Virus record (IMG/VR): IMGVR_UViG_3300048927_000250
Span: 1 to 64,000 of that record
DNA: 64,000 nucleotides
Reading direction: 5' to 3' (one strand)
Shown: one piece after another, positions 55,301 to 63,009 of the stretch
How the letters are laid out: the number at the start of each line of letters is the position of its first letter
Position numbering within the stretch: the stretch's first letter is position 1
Notes under the pieces: generated by a model
Database searches by the model: none
Seen by the model: only the letters and a program-made list of their open reading frames with translations
What the model was told of the DNA's origin: nothing
Position numbers and translations under genes: made by a program

Positions 55301-55965
55301 GACAGATTCTGAATGGCGGTGGTGACATCCCACTGTCTGACCGTGGAGCTTCCGAGAACCCGGGTGGACAGGTACAGGCAGGTGGTGGACAGGAAACGAC
55401 CCCACCGTTGTCACAAGCTGCTAAAGCAGCAAACCCATACGACTCAATTGCCAATTCAGTCACTTCTCCGAAAGGAGGAGCCGCTACCGGACAGGAAACT
55501 GTACCGTCTATCGCGAATGCTGCAACCGACCCAATTCCTACGGGAAGCGGACGCGGTCTACAGAACCTGAAAGGAATGAGTGCCTCTAACCCAACGATGC
55601 AACCGCAAGCCAACCCATCGGCTGAGGTCGTTGACCACAAACGTCTGCAAGTGGCGCGTAGTGTGATTGAAAATAATCAAGTACGTCAAACGCAGCAGGC
55701 GGTAACCGAACAGGCGAAAGCCACTGGCTCGGCTGTGGAATGGTTAGAGAAATCGTATGGCGTGCAGAACGACTCCCTGACCCAACTGAAACAGTTGGTG
55801 AAAATCATCTCCGAAGGCGGCCTCTTTGGCGCTGCGAACGAGAAGAAAGGGGAATCGAAGAATCCGTCCACCGCAGAACGCACCATGAACGATATCCCGA
55901 TTAAGTCGGGGTTAGGTCAGAATGGTAGCGGTGCCCTGCCGTTCAGTACAAAACGCGGCGGTTAA
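49312..55965 (+). CDS. Tape-measure-like tail protein with C-terminal GH19 (chitinase/lysozyme-class) domain (phiKZ gp181 position)
   Basis: About 2.2 kaa, helical/Gly-rich. LAHESG, Y.N..NLGN..GDG.RFKGRG.IQLTGR.NY and NG..NG..DR at about 54890-55310. Confidence 0.85.
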   Translation: MAGKKQKVDIDDYGMDFDFDDDWDDGETTFNPSGSSSNGSRNPVLNSGKTVLKSMGETALTPAFVRDTLKVALPKEFSTTLDNLDRYSGDFRKMQQDISTELRPTLNSFKQMTRTVNRLIPNPFQDKIEKLLANKDTGPDLGKVDLEQAAVDSQLGEVFAQQQQQDRNQERAEKVIDRMSQEDFRSKIFDAVSAIRNATVQSNSYQMSVQRAYQRKSLEIRIRQLVATRGILDVTRKSAEESSQLLRDIVKNTGLPEFAKEEASEHFHRLARQRLFGAAQENIGEFMRNYMSKVGKGYADMAKEKMQQFRGFFDSGRQMADDIEMQAQQMRDMGMDPKEMALELFGQSLMQRVGTRAGAWVGKRLPYRQGASNLFGYANEFATNLPANMRNLARKQQYGGFLHSALKPFDQSYNDGGVVRTGGLSGLTGNNDMEMRKVRALEEIIPGYLSRILHSIDIMRTGNENLPRTVYSGQKGAFVQFDEAVKLVRKSALNDTDIEDQQGYVKQLVDQIDPTGKLRGKDRDVLERHLMKEMHGVNRWDPEAIANKGVDGVTGRGNRLLSILMKDRYGLQHDAATGKYSAHLWKSRNDLRDQDSQIFKRGQDRVKALRPSITGITNSGDMEAAIAEGLVIWDGSNWVMNTKYYDERSADLLANKRQRVRIDPHNPAAGANGFSSGLGGGPTPPPPAAGGFGGMFDRFKGHEEKEGNISNRNGRGIIKAIRDQTDELMTFLEPKGHTDHEMYQHMIDAIDEVAEILEQGVTLNGTGGASTGGAGERKKSLIRRALSRARKGGTWAGKKIWDISGYPMRALNWARKKIPGRKMFNWGSEKLKNFGSKVDALRSDVYVMGVNGFRRALDMAGFAEGRYRDMKTGKPIFNIKDITGAVYDTILGKQVLSEEEFQGGLLNSLGKKIKDGVIGRVKNAGSRVMGWVTNPVTSMWANIKKGMQGAKEFLMAPPDIYVLGETTPRCKGDLFYRGFYYSGVTGKPLKTLGDIDGDIITFDNISGERKVVISKDEIERGLYDSRGNKLTSLLTKFKNAAGWARDKVKGLWNAPKRLLDWAKNGIKGIGTGLGKLLGGTKPEIGQTYWLKRIFHLLYNKFSGKPLGEGLSEALKETGNKVGEAASRLKDEAVAKGRKWWKFGRSKYDEAKGSVAAQKAAEYRDQLKERSGSWLNRQIEAGKNKYHAYQAGKPLGDKKEGIFGLLKNGFGLIGGVLMGIKQGFGTFAGKLFGWLPKLLMAKRGADLAGDIADVASGAGGRGRGGLLRRGARALGKGAWWAAKGLTVGGGGMLLRGGMALASMAGGLLSAPVVLGLAVAGGAAYLIYKGWKAYSERLDLMQRMRLAQYGADLGNKEQCGKILAFEETVLSKYTRTDGNGGVTLQPMPFGELMQAFGVNPSARFTVHNWANWFDRRFKPVFIKNVSELYKVSPKGNLAKSGSYDNGLKPQLAKATKIEAPASQSPYYVQQSPFPNQTSRTGTAMVDATIAAVVEEYGKDEKTYRGRQEVQEQQKGKVAVDANGNYLAATTVDPDAKVIKGQKLTYQAGPNNRILDQMGGLGDRSTMARITGDQATDDALLKNNRIDDLTSIRLKVYGLTSLDRIYVDTLMQFERDMYQNVTVANNGVASFNGNADDVYNKYCAKFSLGFGDTDARITWTTWFQNRFLPAFLNFVAQTKKINPNQDVFTAWQSYKAADLLKIANFVSDARATVNGQRISVWAVKVSPFPGETAGTDGTVIQKNLEVFKQAQEKEQYQESEAAARAIREKYTGVKVNALSDKGRVELTSRVNNLMADMAKATGNTSGYQGIPTGGAYGTSFESAGTGGMYGSGNVPKVKLSGSAKQHADTAMKFAQANGIAGEELALFMGTLAHESGNFSATLEKGSGARYENNKNLGNTQPGDGERFKGRGWIQLTGRNNYAHYGKLTGLDLLNHPELAEIPENANKLAVAYWQDRVIPMIRQKRAKFDVLSVARAVNGWFEDRMPNGMDDRILKTNQWRQILNGGGDIPLSDRGASENPGGQVQAGGGQETTPPLSQAAKAANPYDSIANSVTSPKGGAATGQETVPSIANAATDPIPTGSGRGLQNLKGMSASNPTMQPQANPSAEVVDHKRLQVARSVIENNQVRQTQQAVTEQAKATGSAVEWLEKSYGVQNDSLTQLKQLVKIISEGGLFGAANEKKGESKNPSTAERTMNDIPIKSGLGQNGSGALPFSTKRGG

Positions 55966-55969
55966 CTAT

Positions 55970-55998
55970 AGGGGGAGGAAACTCCCCCTTCCTTTTTT
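55970..55998 (+). terminator. Rho-independent terminator
   Basis: AGGGGGAG-GAAA-CTCCCCCT plus T run. Confidence 0.75.
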
Positions 55999-56017
55999 AG
56001 CAACGGAGTAACAAGCA

Positions 56018-58201
56018 ATGATAACTGACAGCAGTTGGGTACGTCAGGGTAACCTACTCCCACGCAATGCCTTCAATCCGGAAGACACGTACTACCGAAA
56101 CTACACCTCGGCGTATTACAAGTTCACCGATACCACGCTGGGCGGGAACTTCGCCATGAACCCGCCTCCGCAGTTCTGTGATAACGCCGACCCGGTGGCA
56201 CCTCGGTTCATGGACCTGTTGTCCCGTGAAAAGGACATGCCGTACGCTCCCGGGATGGGCCGTTGGTACAGTGAGAAGATTGATGACCCGGCTAACCTGT
56301 TGCACATTCGCTTTGGTATTCCGGTGTACAACAGTTTGACCAGCTTCTTTGGTAACTTCTACAACGCAGATGATTCTCGTCTGGTGCGTACAGGTCGCTC
56401 CTGGAGCATCGGTTCCTTTATCGGTAAGGCGTTGGGTTGGGCGTTCTCGCTGCGTATGCTCCCGTTCATTCTGGTGGGGTCTACGCTGAAGTTCTTTGCA
56501 GGCACCACGTCAACGCGCTTCATGTACCTGAAACCGATGATGGGGACCTACTGGAAATACGTGAACGACTTCGCCAACACCGTAGCCGCCAACATGGAAC
56601 TGACTGCCGGTTCTTCTTCCAGCTGGATGAAGTTTGCTGAGCAGGCGGGTATGACGCCAGGTAACTCCGGGAAACTGGATTACGAAAAAGTGAAGTCCGC
56701 TGCCGACGATGCCTTCCGCATTGCCGGGGATGAGCGTGACATGTACGCCAAGATGCTTCCTGACATCTACAAGACGAAGGACGGCAAAGGTAACGTGCTA
56801 ACGGGGATTGACATCTATTCGGTGGCGACCCGTGCACAGCGTCTGGCGAACGCCTTCAATGAAGGGGTGAACCGCATTGCACAAGCGAACCAGGGAACCG
56901 CGAACGGGGTTATCTCGGGGATTCGTAAGTGGATGAACAACGGGGCGTCGAGTGACATCAACCAGAACTCCACTATTACTTACTCTACGACGGAAGACTT
57001 CCTGAATGCGTACTACAATGGTGTGGACGGGAAGTTGAATGCGAACATGACGCAGTCAGCGGACGGTTCCGGGGAAGAAGGGGTTCAGACCACCGTTGCA
57101 GCGCCCGCTACGCCTGCTCAGGCGAACACGGCACCAACAGCAAACCCAGAGAACACCGCGAAGTCTCCAACCGAACAGGCGGCCTTACAGGCGCAGGGCG
57201 GTGGTGACCAGAACTTGCTGGTCTCGGCGTACGAAACCGTATCAGACTACTTCGGTTCGATTGCTGATGTGGATTCTGCTTACGCAACGTTCAAAGGGGC
57301 ACAGCGCGACGGTTCCATGTGGGTGACCTTCCGCATTGATGGTCGTCCATCGGTATCGGAATCGTTCTCCAACAGCGCGCGTGATTCTACGCTGGCGTCT
57401 GCGATTAACTCCACCTCTGCATCTAACCGTAACATGCGTAACGCTTTTGCGGACGGTAACATCGCCAATATCCCGGGGATGGAAACCGTGGTGAACTTTG
57501 TGAAGGATGCAGCCTCGTCCTTTGCGCAGTCCATGCAGATTGCAGGTTTGGGGGCATTGGCCGGTAACGCCTTCGTTGATATCCCGAAACACTACGATGA
57601 GTCGTCAGCGTCGTTCCAGGAAATGTCATTCGACCTACAGTTGCGCGCACCGTACGGGAATGACCTCTCTCGCTTCCAGTGTGAGATTCTCCCGGCCATC
57701 ATGTTGTTGGCAGGTGGCTTACCGCGCTCAACCGGTACGCAGTCTTACAACGCACCGTTCCTGTGTGAGTGGTATTGCCGTGGTCGTGGTCAGTGTCGTC
57801 TGGGGATGATTAAAGATATCCAGATTACCCGTGGCGTCACCAACGCCCCGTGGAGCTCGGACGGTAAGTACCGTGGGGTTGACATTCGTGTGACCATCAT
57901 GGACTTGTCTTCTGTCATGCACATGCCGATGAACGAAGTCTCTGGGTGGCAGGTCATCGACCCTACCTCCTGGAACAAACTCCTGTTCCCGCAAGACTCG
58001 TCCTTCTCTGACTACACCGCGGTGCTGGCCTCATGTGGCCTGTCCGAACAGGTGTACAAGATGGACAAGCTCAAGCGTAACTGGTATGCGAACATGAGCA
58101 GCTTCGATAAGTGGTTCTCCGTCAGTTCGCGCGTCAATGCGTTATTTGACGGGAACCGTGGGATGATTCTTTCGGCATTGTCGAAAGGTGACCGCGGATA
58201 G
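56018..58201 (+). CDS. Virion tail/baseplate structural protein (phiKZ gp182 position)
   Basis: Follows the tape measure; C-terminal S.NAPFL..RG..MI..I.I.RG pattern seen in tube-initiator/baseplate proteins. Confidence 0.65.
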   Translation: MITDSSWVRQGNLLPRNAFNPEDTYYRNYTSAYYKFTDTTLGGNFAMNPPPQFCDNADPVAPRFMDLLSREKDMPYAPGMGRWYSEKIDDPANLLHIRFGIPVYNSLTSFFGNFYNADDSRLVRTGRSWSIGSFIGKALGWAFSLRMLPFILVGSTLKFFAGTTSTRFMYLKPMMGTYWKYVNDFANTVAANMELTAGSSSSWMKFAEQAGMTPGNSGKLDYEKVKSAADDAFRIAGDERDMYAKMLPDIYKTKDGKGNVLTGIDIYSVATRAQRLANAFNEGVNRIAQANQGTANGVISGIRKWMNNGASSDINQNSTITYSTTEDFLNAYYNGVDGKLNANMTQSADGSGEEGVQTTVAAPATPAQANTAPTANPENTAKSPTEQAALQAQGGGDQNLLVSAYETVSDYFGSIADVDSAYATFKGAQRDGSMWVTFRIDGRPSVSESFSNSARDSTLASAINSTSASNRNMRNAFADGNIANIPGMETVVNFVKDAASSFAQSMQIAGLGALAGNAFVDIPKHYDESSASFQEMSFDLQLRAPYGNDLSRFQCEILPAIMLLAGGLPRSTGTQSYNAPFLCEWYCRGRGQCRLGMIKDIQITRGVTNAPWSSDGKYRGVDIRVTIMDLSSVMHMPMNEVSGWQVIDPTSWNKLLFPQDSSFSDYTAVLASCGLSEQVYKMDKLKRNWYANMSSFDKWFSVSSRVNALFDGNRGMILSALSKGDRG

Positions 58202-58204
58202 AGC

Positions 58205-58250
58205 AAAAAAAAAAGAGAGGAGCGCAATGCTCCTCTCTTTATTCTCTTTT
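58205..58250. terminator. Bidirectional terminator
   Basis: A run, AAAGAGAGGAGC-GCAAT-GCTCCTCTCTTT. Confidence 0.8.
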
Positions 58251-58256
58251 ATTCTC

Positions 58257-58757
58257 TTAATTAGGTGGGGTCCACACAGTCGGGGTTCCGCCCACCGAGG
58301 GCATCAATTGCATCATCCGTTTCGTCTTGGCGTCGAAGTAAATGAAGATGTTCGACCCGCCGCCATTAAAAGTACCGTAGGCGACCGAGGCGTACCCATT
58401 ACGGTTAACGGAGGCGTATGAGGAATAGCTACCTTGGTAAATCCAGTTAAACAACACCGTCCGTTGTTTGAGAATGTTTTCGTTCATGGTGTCGACGTCA
58501 GGGAAGCAATGCTGAATAACGCGCCCCTGATTGGAGTCGTATGTCACCTTAGTGTTCCACGGCGAACCCCACATTGTCCCACTAGGATTCTGGTTACAAA
58601 CAATCTTCAGCGGACGGCTGATAGTGCCTAGCGAAGTATTCATTGCGCCCGACTGGATTGTCACGCCATCTAACTTACCACCTTGTAACCACGTCAAAAA
58701 ATCTTGGTAGGCTTGGTCATCTAACGGGGCTTTCGAACGAGCGAGCATCATTTCCAT
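58257..58757 (-). CDS. Hypothetical, possibly virion-associated protein
   Basis: GGGAG SD before MEMMLARS; TATG motif upstream; terminator at 58821..58845 separates it from the upstream gene. Confidence 0.55.
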   Translation of the reverse strand: MEMMLARSKAPLDDQAYQDFLTWLQGGKLDGVTIQSGAMNTSLGTISRPLKIVCNQNPSGTMWGSPWNTKVTYDSNQGRVIQHCFPDVDTMNENILKQRTVLFNWIYQGSYSSYASVNRNGYASVAYGTFNGGGSNIFIYFDAKTKRMMQLMPSVGGTPTVWTPPN

Positions 58758-58854
58758 TTCTAACTCCCAACATTGAACTTCAGGTACAGCGGGTACTCTG
58801 CGGTACTTACATAGCGACATAAAGAGAGGACCGAGGTCCTCTCTGAATAACGAA

Positions 58855-59622
58855 TTACACCGTCGACGGGCAACTGAACTGGTGCGCTGAGTCCAGATGG
58901 CGCTCGATAGCGTAATGGGCTTCGCTCGCCTCAATCACATCTAGCTTCGAACTGGTAATCTTCTGGACGTGACAGATAATGGAGCCCGGGACCATTTTCA
59001 ATTCCCTGGCCACAACCGTCAGTAAATCTTCCAGTACCACGAACATGGCGCGCAACGCCGGTTTGGTACACCCTACTACGAAGATGTTAAAGTTCAGTGT
59101 GTGGGTTGGGTACGCCGATGTGTTGAACACTTCAACGACCTTACTTAGCACGTCCATAACTTCTTCACTGTTGTAGAAGCTCAGGTCGATGTGTGACCGC
59201 AGACGCTCCTTTAACTGGTACGGTTCGCTGTAGACGCTCAGGAACTGTGTAGGAGGCGTATGGAAGTGGTGGTGAATCCCACGCAAGATTTCCGTGAGTT
59301 CTTTTTCGATTTCCGTCGCACCGGTGGCGAACAGGGTGATGTCACGTTTACGGAGCCAGAGTCGATGCGTTTCCTTGACCGCCGTTTTAAAGTGTTTATT
59401 AAACATTTCCTGGGAATGATTAGCGCACTTGTTGCGAGACAGGTAGTTGTCTAAGCGCTCATTATCCTTCGCCTCTTTGCTGACAATGCTCCGCAGCGTT
59501 CCGCCGGATTGGACATCGGAGAGGTGGAGGAAAAACGACTGGTTCATCAGTTGCCATTCGCGTTCAGTGTATTCCACAGAATGCTGGTTGAACACTTTGT
59601 CAAGGTCGATGATATTACGCAT
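58855..59622 (-). CDS. Hypothetical protein
   Basis: AAGGA SD. Confidence 0.65.
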   Translation of the reverse strand: MRNIIDLDKVFNQHSVEYTEREWQLMNQSFFLHLSDVQSGGTLRSIVSKEAKDNERLDNYLSRNKCANHSQEMFNKHFKTAVKETHRLWLRKRDITLFATGATEIEKELTEILRGIHHHFHTPPTQFLSVYSEPYQLKERLRSHIDLSFYNSEEVMDVLSKVVEVFNTSAYPTHTLNFNIFVVGCTKPALRAMFVVLEDLLTVVARELKMVPGSIICHVQKITSSKLDVIEASEAHYAIERHLDSAHQFSCPSTV

Positions 59623-59756
59623 GGTGTTATTTCCTTAGATACGAGTATACGAGTTGCCTTCGGTTCTTTAATGGCCCACGCCAGAACACCCGGTCATAGT
59701 AAGGACGCCATGACGTAATAAAAAACAAAAAAAAAGAAGGGCCGAAGCCCCTCTGT

Positions 59757-60146
59757 TTAATGGACCGTCAGATTTCCTGATTGGGCACAGGAATTCATCG
59801 GGATAAGTGCCAGTTCACCGGTCACGTGTTTGATGGTAAACGACTTTTCTGGAATGACGTGCACCACTTCCACAAACGCACACAACGTCTCCGCGCTCAT
59901 GACATCACTCATCATGTCGTTCATCAATTCACGGTACAATCCCCAGGCTTTCGGGTTAGAGAACTCGACACGAACGAAACAGGTGTTGCCACTGAATGAC
60001 CCATCGTCGTTACGGCGCACATCCACCATACAGGAGAGATAGGACGTGTCCGTTTCTATTTCGTTCAACGGGGTGATGCGGTCTTCAAGTTCTACCGTCG
60101 AGCCATCGCTGAACGTGTACTTGTTTATCGTGTATCGACTTTCCAT
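59757..60146 (-). CDS. Hypothetical protein
   Basis: GAGGA SD, coupled to the upstream gene. Confidence 0.6.
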   Translation of the reverse strand: MESRYTINKYTFSDGSTVELEDRITPLNEIETDTSYLSCMVDVRRNDDGSFSGNTCFVRVEFSNPKAWGLYRELMNDMMSDVMSAETLCAFVEVVHVIPEKSFTIKHVTGELALIPMNSCAQSGNLTVH

Positions 60147-60583
60147 TATTTCCTCACGAGATGGTTAGGTCGTTTACGCATGAATTCTTGGTACTCGGTC
60201 GAGTCTGACCAAGCCAGGATACTCTCCACGTGGACCATGATAGGGCGATGTGAAACCATCACCATCTTACTGTTGTGCTGTACGGTTCCTTCTGCCATCG
60301 GACGTTGGTGAAGGAGTTCTGACACCGTTTGACCGGCGTAAAACCCCATCACTTCCCCTGACGCCGGAACGTACTGCGCACCCACTTGTTTCGACACCTC
60401 ACTGACCACCAACGACACAGCCGTGAAGTACGCATGTGCAGCCCCACTCACCGGAACTAACAGTGGTGGGAAACGCATCTTATCGAAAACAACCACCGTT
60501 GCCAGGAATCGGACCGGTCCTTTCGGTGGTGTTTTCTTCCTCTTCTTCAAAATCTTAACAACCCATTGCTTTAACAGACCCAT
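60146..60583 (-). CDS. Hypothetical protein
   Basis: GGAG SD before MGLLKQ. Confidence 0.6.
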   Translation of the reverse strand: MGLLKQWVVKILKKRKKTPPKGPVRFLATVVVFDKMRFPPLLVPVSGAAHAYFTAVSLVVSEVSKQVGAQYVPASGEVMGFYAGQTVSELLHQRPMAEGTVQHNSKMVMVSHRPIMVHVESILAWSDSTEYQEFMRKRPNHLVRK

Positions 60584-60628
60584 TGTGTCACTCCGCACGA
60601 AAAAGTGGGGGCACTCAGGCCCCGCAAG

Positions 60629-61099
60629 TTATCGGCCAAAGAGCGGATTAGGAACCGCTCCTGTATCAATCTCAAGTTTGCTCTGGGCGAACGCAAGCTT
60701 ATAGTGAATCAATTTCTCTTCTACTCGGTAGGACAATTCATATCCAACGCCCCGTAGTTCTTCGGAGTCCAGGCGTAACCACGTCTCGATAGCCTGGTGT
60801 TCATGCTTGATAATGACATCGGCCAACAGGAGGCGCATCGCCCCTACAATCCCCATGTACATTGCCAGCTCCTGCATGACTTTACCCAAGTTTCGCATAG
60901 AGCTCCGCATCGCATCTTCACGAGACTGCCCAAGAATTTCGCTCAGGTCATCCGCCATTTTCTGCTGGGTCTTCATTGCGTTGGCGTACGGTGTGGTACC
61001 AATGTGCGACATGTAAACATCAAGCGCCATGATAAGAGTCTGTTCGTACTTCTGGCGGTCGGTGGTTACATTCAGGTTTACTTCAAAGTCTAAGGCCAT
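60629..61099 (-). CDS. Hypothetical helical protein
   Basis: Preceded by TAAAACTACGGAG. Confidence 0.65.
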   Translation of the reverse strand: MALDFEVNLNVTTDRQKYEQTLIMALDVYMSHIGTTPYANAMKTQQKMADDLSEILGQSREDAMRSSMRNLGKVMQELAMYMGIVGAMRLLLADVIIKHEHQAIETWLRLDSEELRGVGYELSYRVEEKLIHYKLAFAQSKLEIDTGAVPNPLFGR

Positions 61100-61107
61100 T
61101 TTCAATT

Positions 61108-61120
61108 CTCCGTAGTTTTA
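61108..61120 (-). promoter_or_regulatory. TAAAACTACGGAG promoter/SD motif, copy 2
   Basis: Exact repeat. Confidence 0.6.
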
Positions 61121-61131
61121 GCAAATTAAAG

Positions 61132-61386
61132 TTAGACGAACAGGGCAGAACCCGGGATGTCTTCAGGGAAGTCGATGGTGTCAGTGACCACGTCATCAAT
61201 CTTCTCACGTTTGATTTCAAGGTGGCACGGTGTGTCGTACGGCTCCATCAGAAGGGGCTTGACCGCTGGTAGTACCCCTTTATGGTTTTCGTTCAACCAG
61301 TGCGCGTACGCTTCTTCAAAACCGAATGGGTCGAGGATAATGTAGAAGTTCCCTTGTACGTGCTCGTAGCCTTTATTGGTGGACAT
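61132..61386 (-). CDS. Small acidic paralog 3 of a triplet
   Basis: YEHV.G.F...D......AY..WL shared with neighbours. Confidence 0.6.
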   Translation of the reverse strand: MSTNKGYEHVQGNFYIILDPFGFEEAYAHWLNENHKGVLPAVKPLLMEPYDTPCHLEIKREKIDDVVTDTIDFPEDIPGSALFV

Positions 61387-61432
61387 GGTGATTCCTTACA
61401 AAAAAGAAGGGGACACAGCGTCCCCTTACTTG

Positions 61433-61672
61433 TTAAACGTTAATGGCAGTGAAGATGGCAACGGTACCGTCTTCTTCGTTTTCGTGTTGACACAACACTT
61501 CACACGGGTAGCGAGTAGGGCGAGTTTCGACCACCCTATCAGGGCCTTCATCCCCCTCGCCGTAGACCCGGTTCATCCAGATAACGCACGCGGTGTCGTA
61601 TGCAGTCTCGTCGTTAACCAGGAAACGACCGTTCCCAATCTCTACTACACCTGTTGCAATTTCTTCGGCCAT
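61433..61672 (-). CDS. Small acidic paralog 2 of a triplet
   Basis: GAGG SD; EIG.G.F.V.D..A...A...W..YP pattern. Confidence 0.6.
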   Translation of the reverse strand: MAEEIATGVVEIGNGRFLVNDETAYDTACVIWMNRVYGEGDEGPDRVVETRPTRYPCEVLCQHENEEDGTVAIFTAINV

Positions 61673-61673
61673 A

Positions 61674-61946
61674 CTAACCTCGTTGTTGGTTACCGGATTG
61701 TACCCAAAGCCGATGTATTTCCTCATCGCTCAAGTCACGCTTCCATTCATCAAAGATTTCCCCGCCGCGTGTGACGCGGGTGAAGGTCACGTTCATTGGG
61801 TAACCGTCAATAGGCGGAACTTCAACCGGATGGTCGGCTGCACCGTTACCCTCCATTTCGTTCGCCAGCCATTCCTGGTAAGCCAGTAAAACAGCTTCCG
61901 GGTCAGTGACTTTAAAGGTGTCGCCACCGATGTGTTCATACGCCAT
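61674..61946 (-). CDS. Small acidic paralog 1 of a triplet
   Basis: YEHIGG.TF.V.DP......AY.EWL...YP. Confidence 0.6.
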   Translation of the reverse strand: MAYEHIGGDTFKVTDPEAVLLAYQEWLANEMEGNGAADHPVEVPPIDGYPMNVTFTRVTRGGEIFDEWKRDLSDEEIHRLWVQSGNQQRG

Positions 61947-61962
61947 AGTTTTATCTCCTGGA

Positions 61963-62436
61963 TTAAAAGCCGTAGGTCATTTGGTCGTTACGGTCGTCTT
62001 CCGGTAATTCTGACACCGGGTCGTAGTCCGGGACATTACTGATTGCCTCGGTCTTGCATTTCTTGTCACTGATTTCTTTGGCGTCTTTGTACACCTTCAC
62101 GCCTTCACGCCAGCTGCCGTCAGGGAGCGTAGCGGAATAGACTACGTAACTGATGTTACCTTTGATGAAGCGGTAATACATCCCACCACCACCGGAGAAT
62201 GCCGTGTACGCGTAGCGCACATTAGTGCGGTTCCCGTAAATTGCAAGTTCAGTGGTGTCACCTTTATGGAAGGCGTACAGTGGGCCGTCAGCGTCGTCAA
62301 TAATGGAGACGCTGTGTTGCGCATCAAGTTCACAATGGAAAATGAGTGGGACGTTAACAGGGATGTCTTCCGCATGGGCTTTTACTTGGTGAGCCAGGAA
62401 CACCGCACAGATTGCCAATAACCATACACGAATCAT
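61963..62436 (-). CDS. Secreted/periplasmic protein
   Basis: Sec-type signal peptide (MIRVWLLAICAVFLAHQVKAHA); two Cys bracket a beta-rich domain. Confidence 0.65.
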   Translation of the reverse strand: MIRVWLLAICAVFLAHQVKAHAEDIPVNVPLIFHCELDAQHSVSIIDDADGPLYAFHKGDTTELAIYGNRTNVRYAYTAFSGGGGMYYRFIKGNISYVVYSATLPDGSWREGVKVYKDAKEISDKKCKTEAISNVPDYDPVSELPEDDRNDQMTYGF

Positions 62437-62978
62437 TTTGCTTCTCCTTCTACTGCAAAGCTTGGGTGAGTTAAGACGTAGAACTTACCGTGTACGCCCA
62501 TTTTACCGCGGGCGACCGTAATACCGATGTGGTCCATGAGTCTTTCGGCTTCAAGGACAACGGCTTCAAAGAACAGGTTGAATTCCCAGCCGTCGAGGCG
62601 TTTGGTTTCCACGCACTCCACCAATGCTCGCATTCCCGCCAGGGTTTCTGTTTTCGCTGCGTCCATGCGGTTCACTATTACCGCACTATTGATTTCGCTG
62701 AGTGTCTGAGTTTCCAACTCGCCCAGACTCGGGTAGACCATGAGGTTAATTTCCTCTTCGTCCATCTTCCGTTTACGCAACGCCGACCACGTTTGGAAAT
62801 ACGGGAGTTCCATCACCTTGGTCCGGCTGTCACGGCCACGGCGTAACTCCATGTAGAGAATATAGTGGGCGACCGAAGCGGGGGTGAAGCCACAGTAGAA
62901 GCCTTCCAGTACTGCGCCAATGCGCCCAGTCATCAGGGTGTTGATGCGAATGTCTTTCGTGTCAGTGTTGGTGTTCAT
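62433..62978 (-). CDS. Hypothetical protein, paralog of 32798..33253
   Basis: Shared motifs; preceded by TAAAACTACGGAG. Confidence 0.65.
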   Translation of the reverse strand: MNTNTDTKDIRINTLMTGRIGAVLEGFYCGFTPASVAHYILYMELRRGRDSRTKVMELPYFQTWSALRKRKMDEEEINLMVYPSLGELETQTLSEINSAVIVNRMDAAKTETLAGMRALVECVETKRLDGWEFNLFFEAVVLEAERLMDHIGITVARGKMGVHGKFYVLTHPSFAVEGEAK

Positions 62979-62987
62979 CTTAAAATA

Positions 62988-63000
62988 CTCCGTAGTTTTA
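62988..63000 (-). promoter_or_regulatory. TAAAACTACGGAG promoter/SD motif, copy 3
   Basis: Exact repeat. Confidence 0.6.
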
Positions 63001-63009
63001 ACAGGTTAG

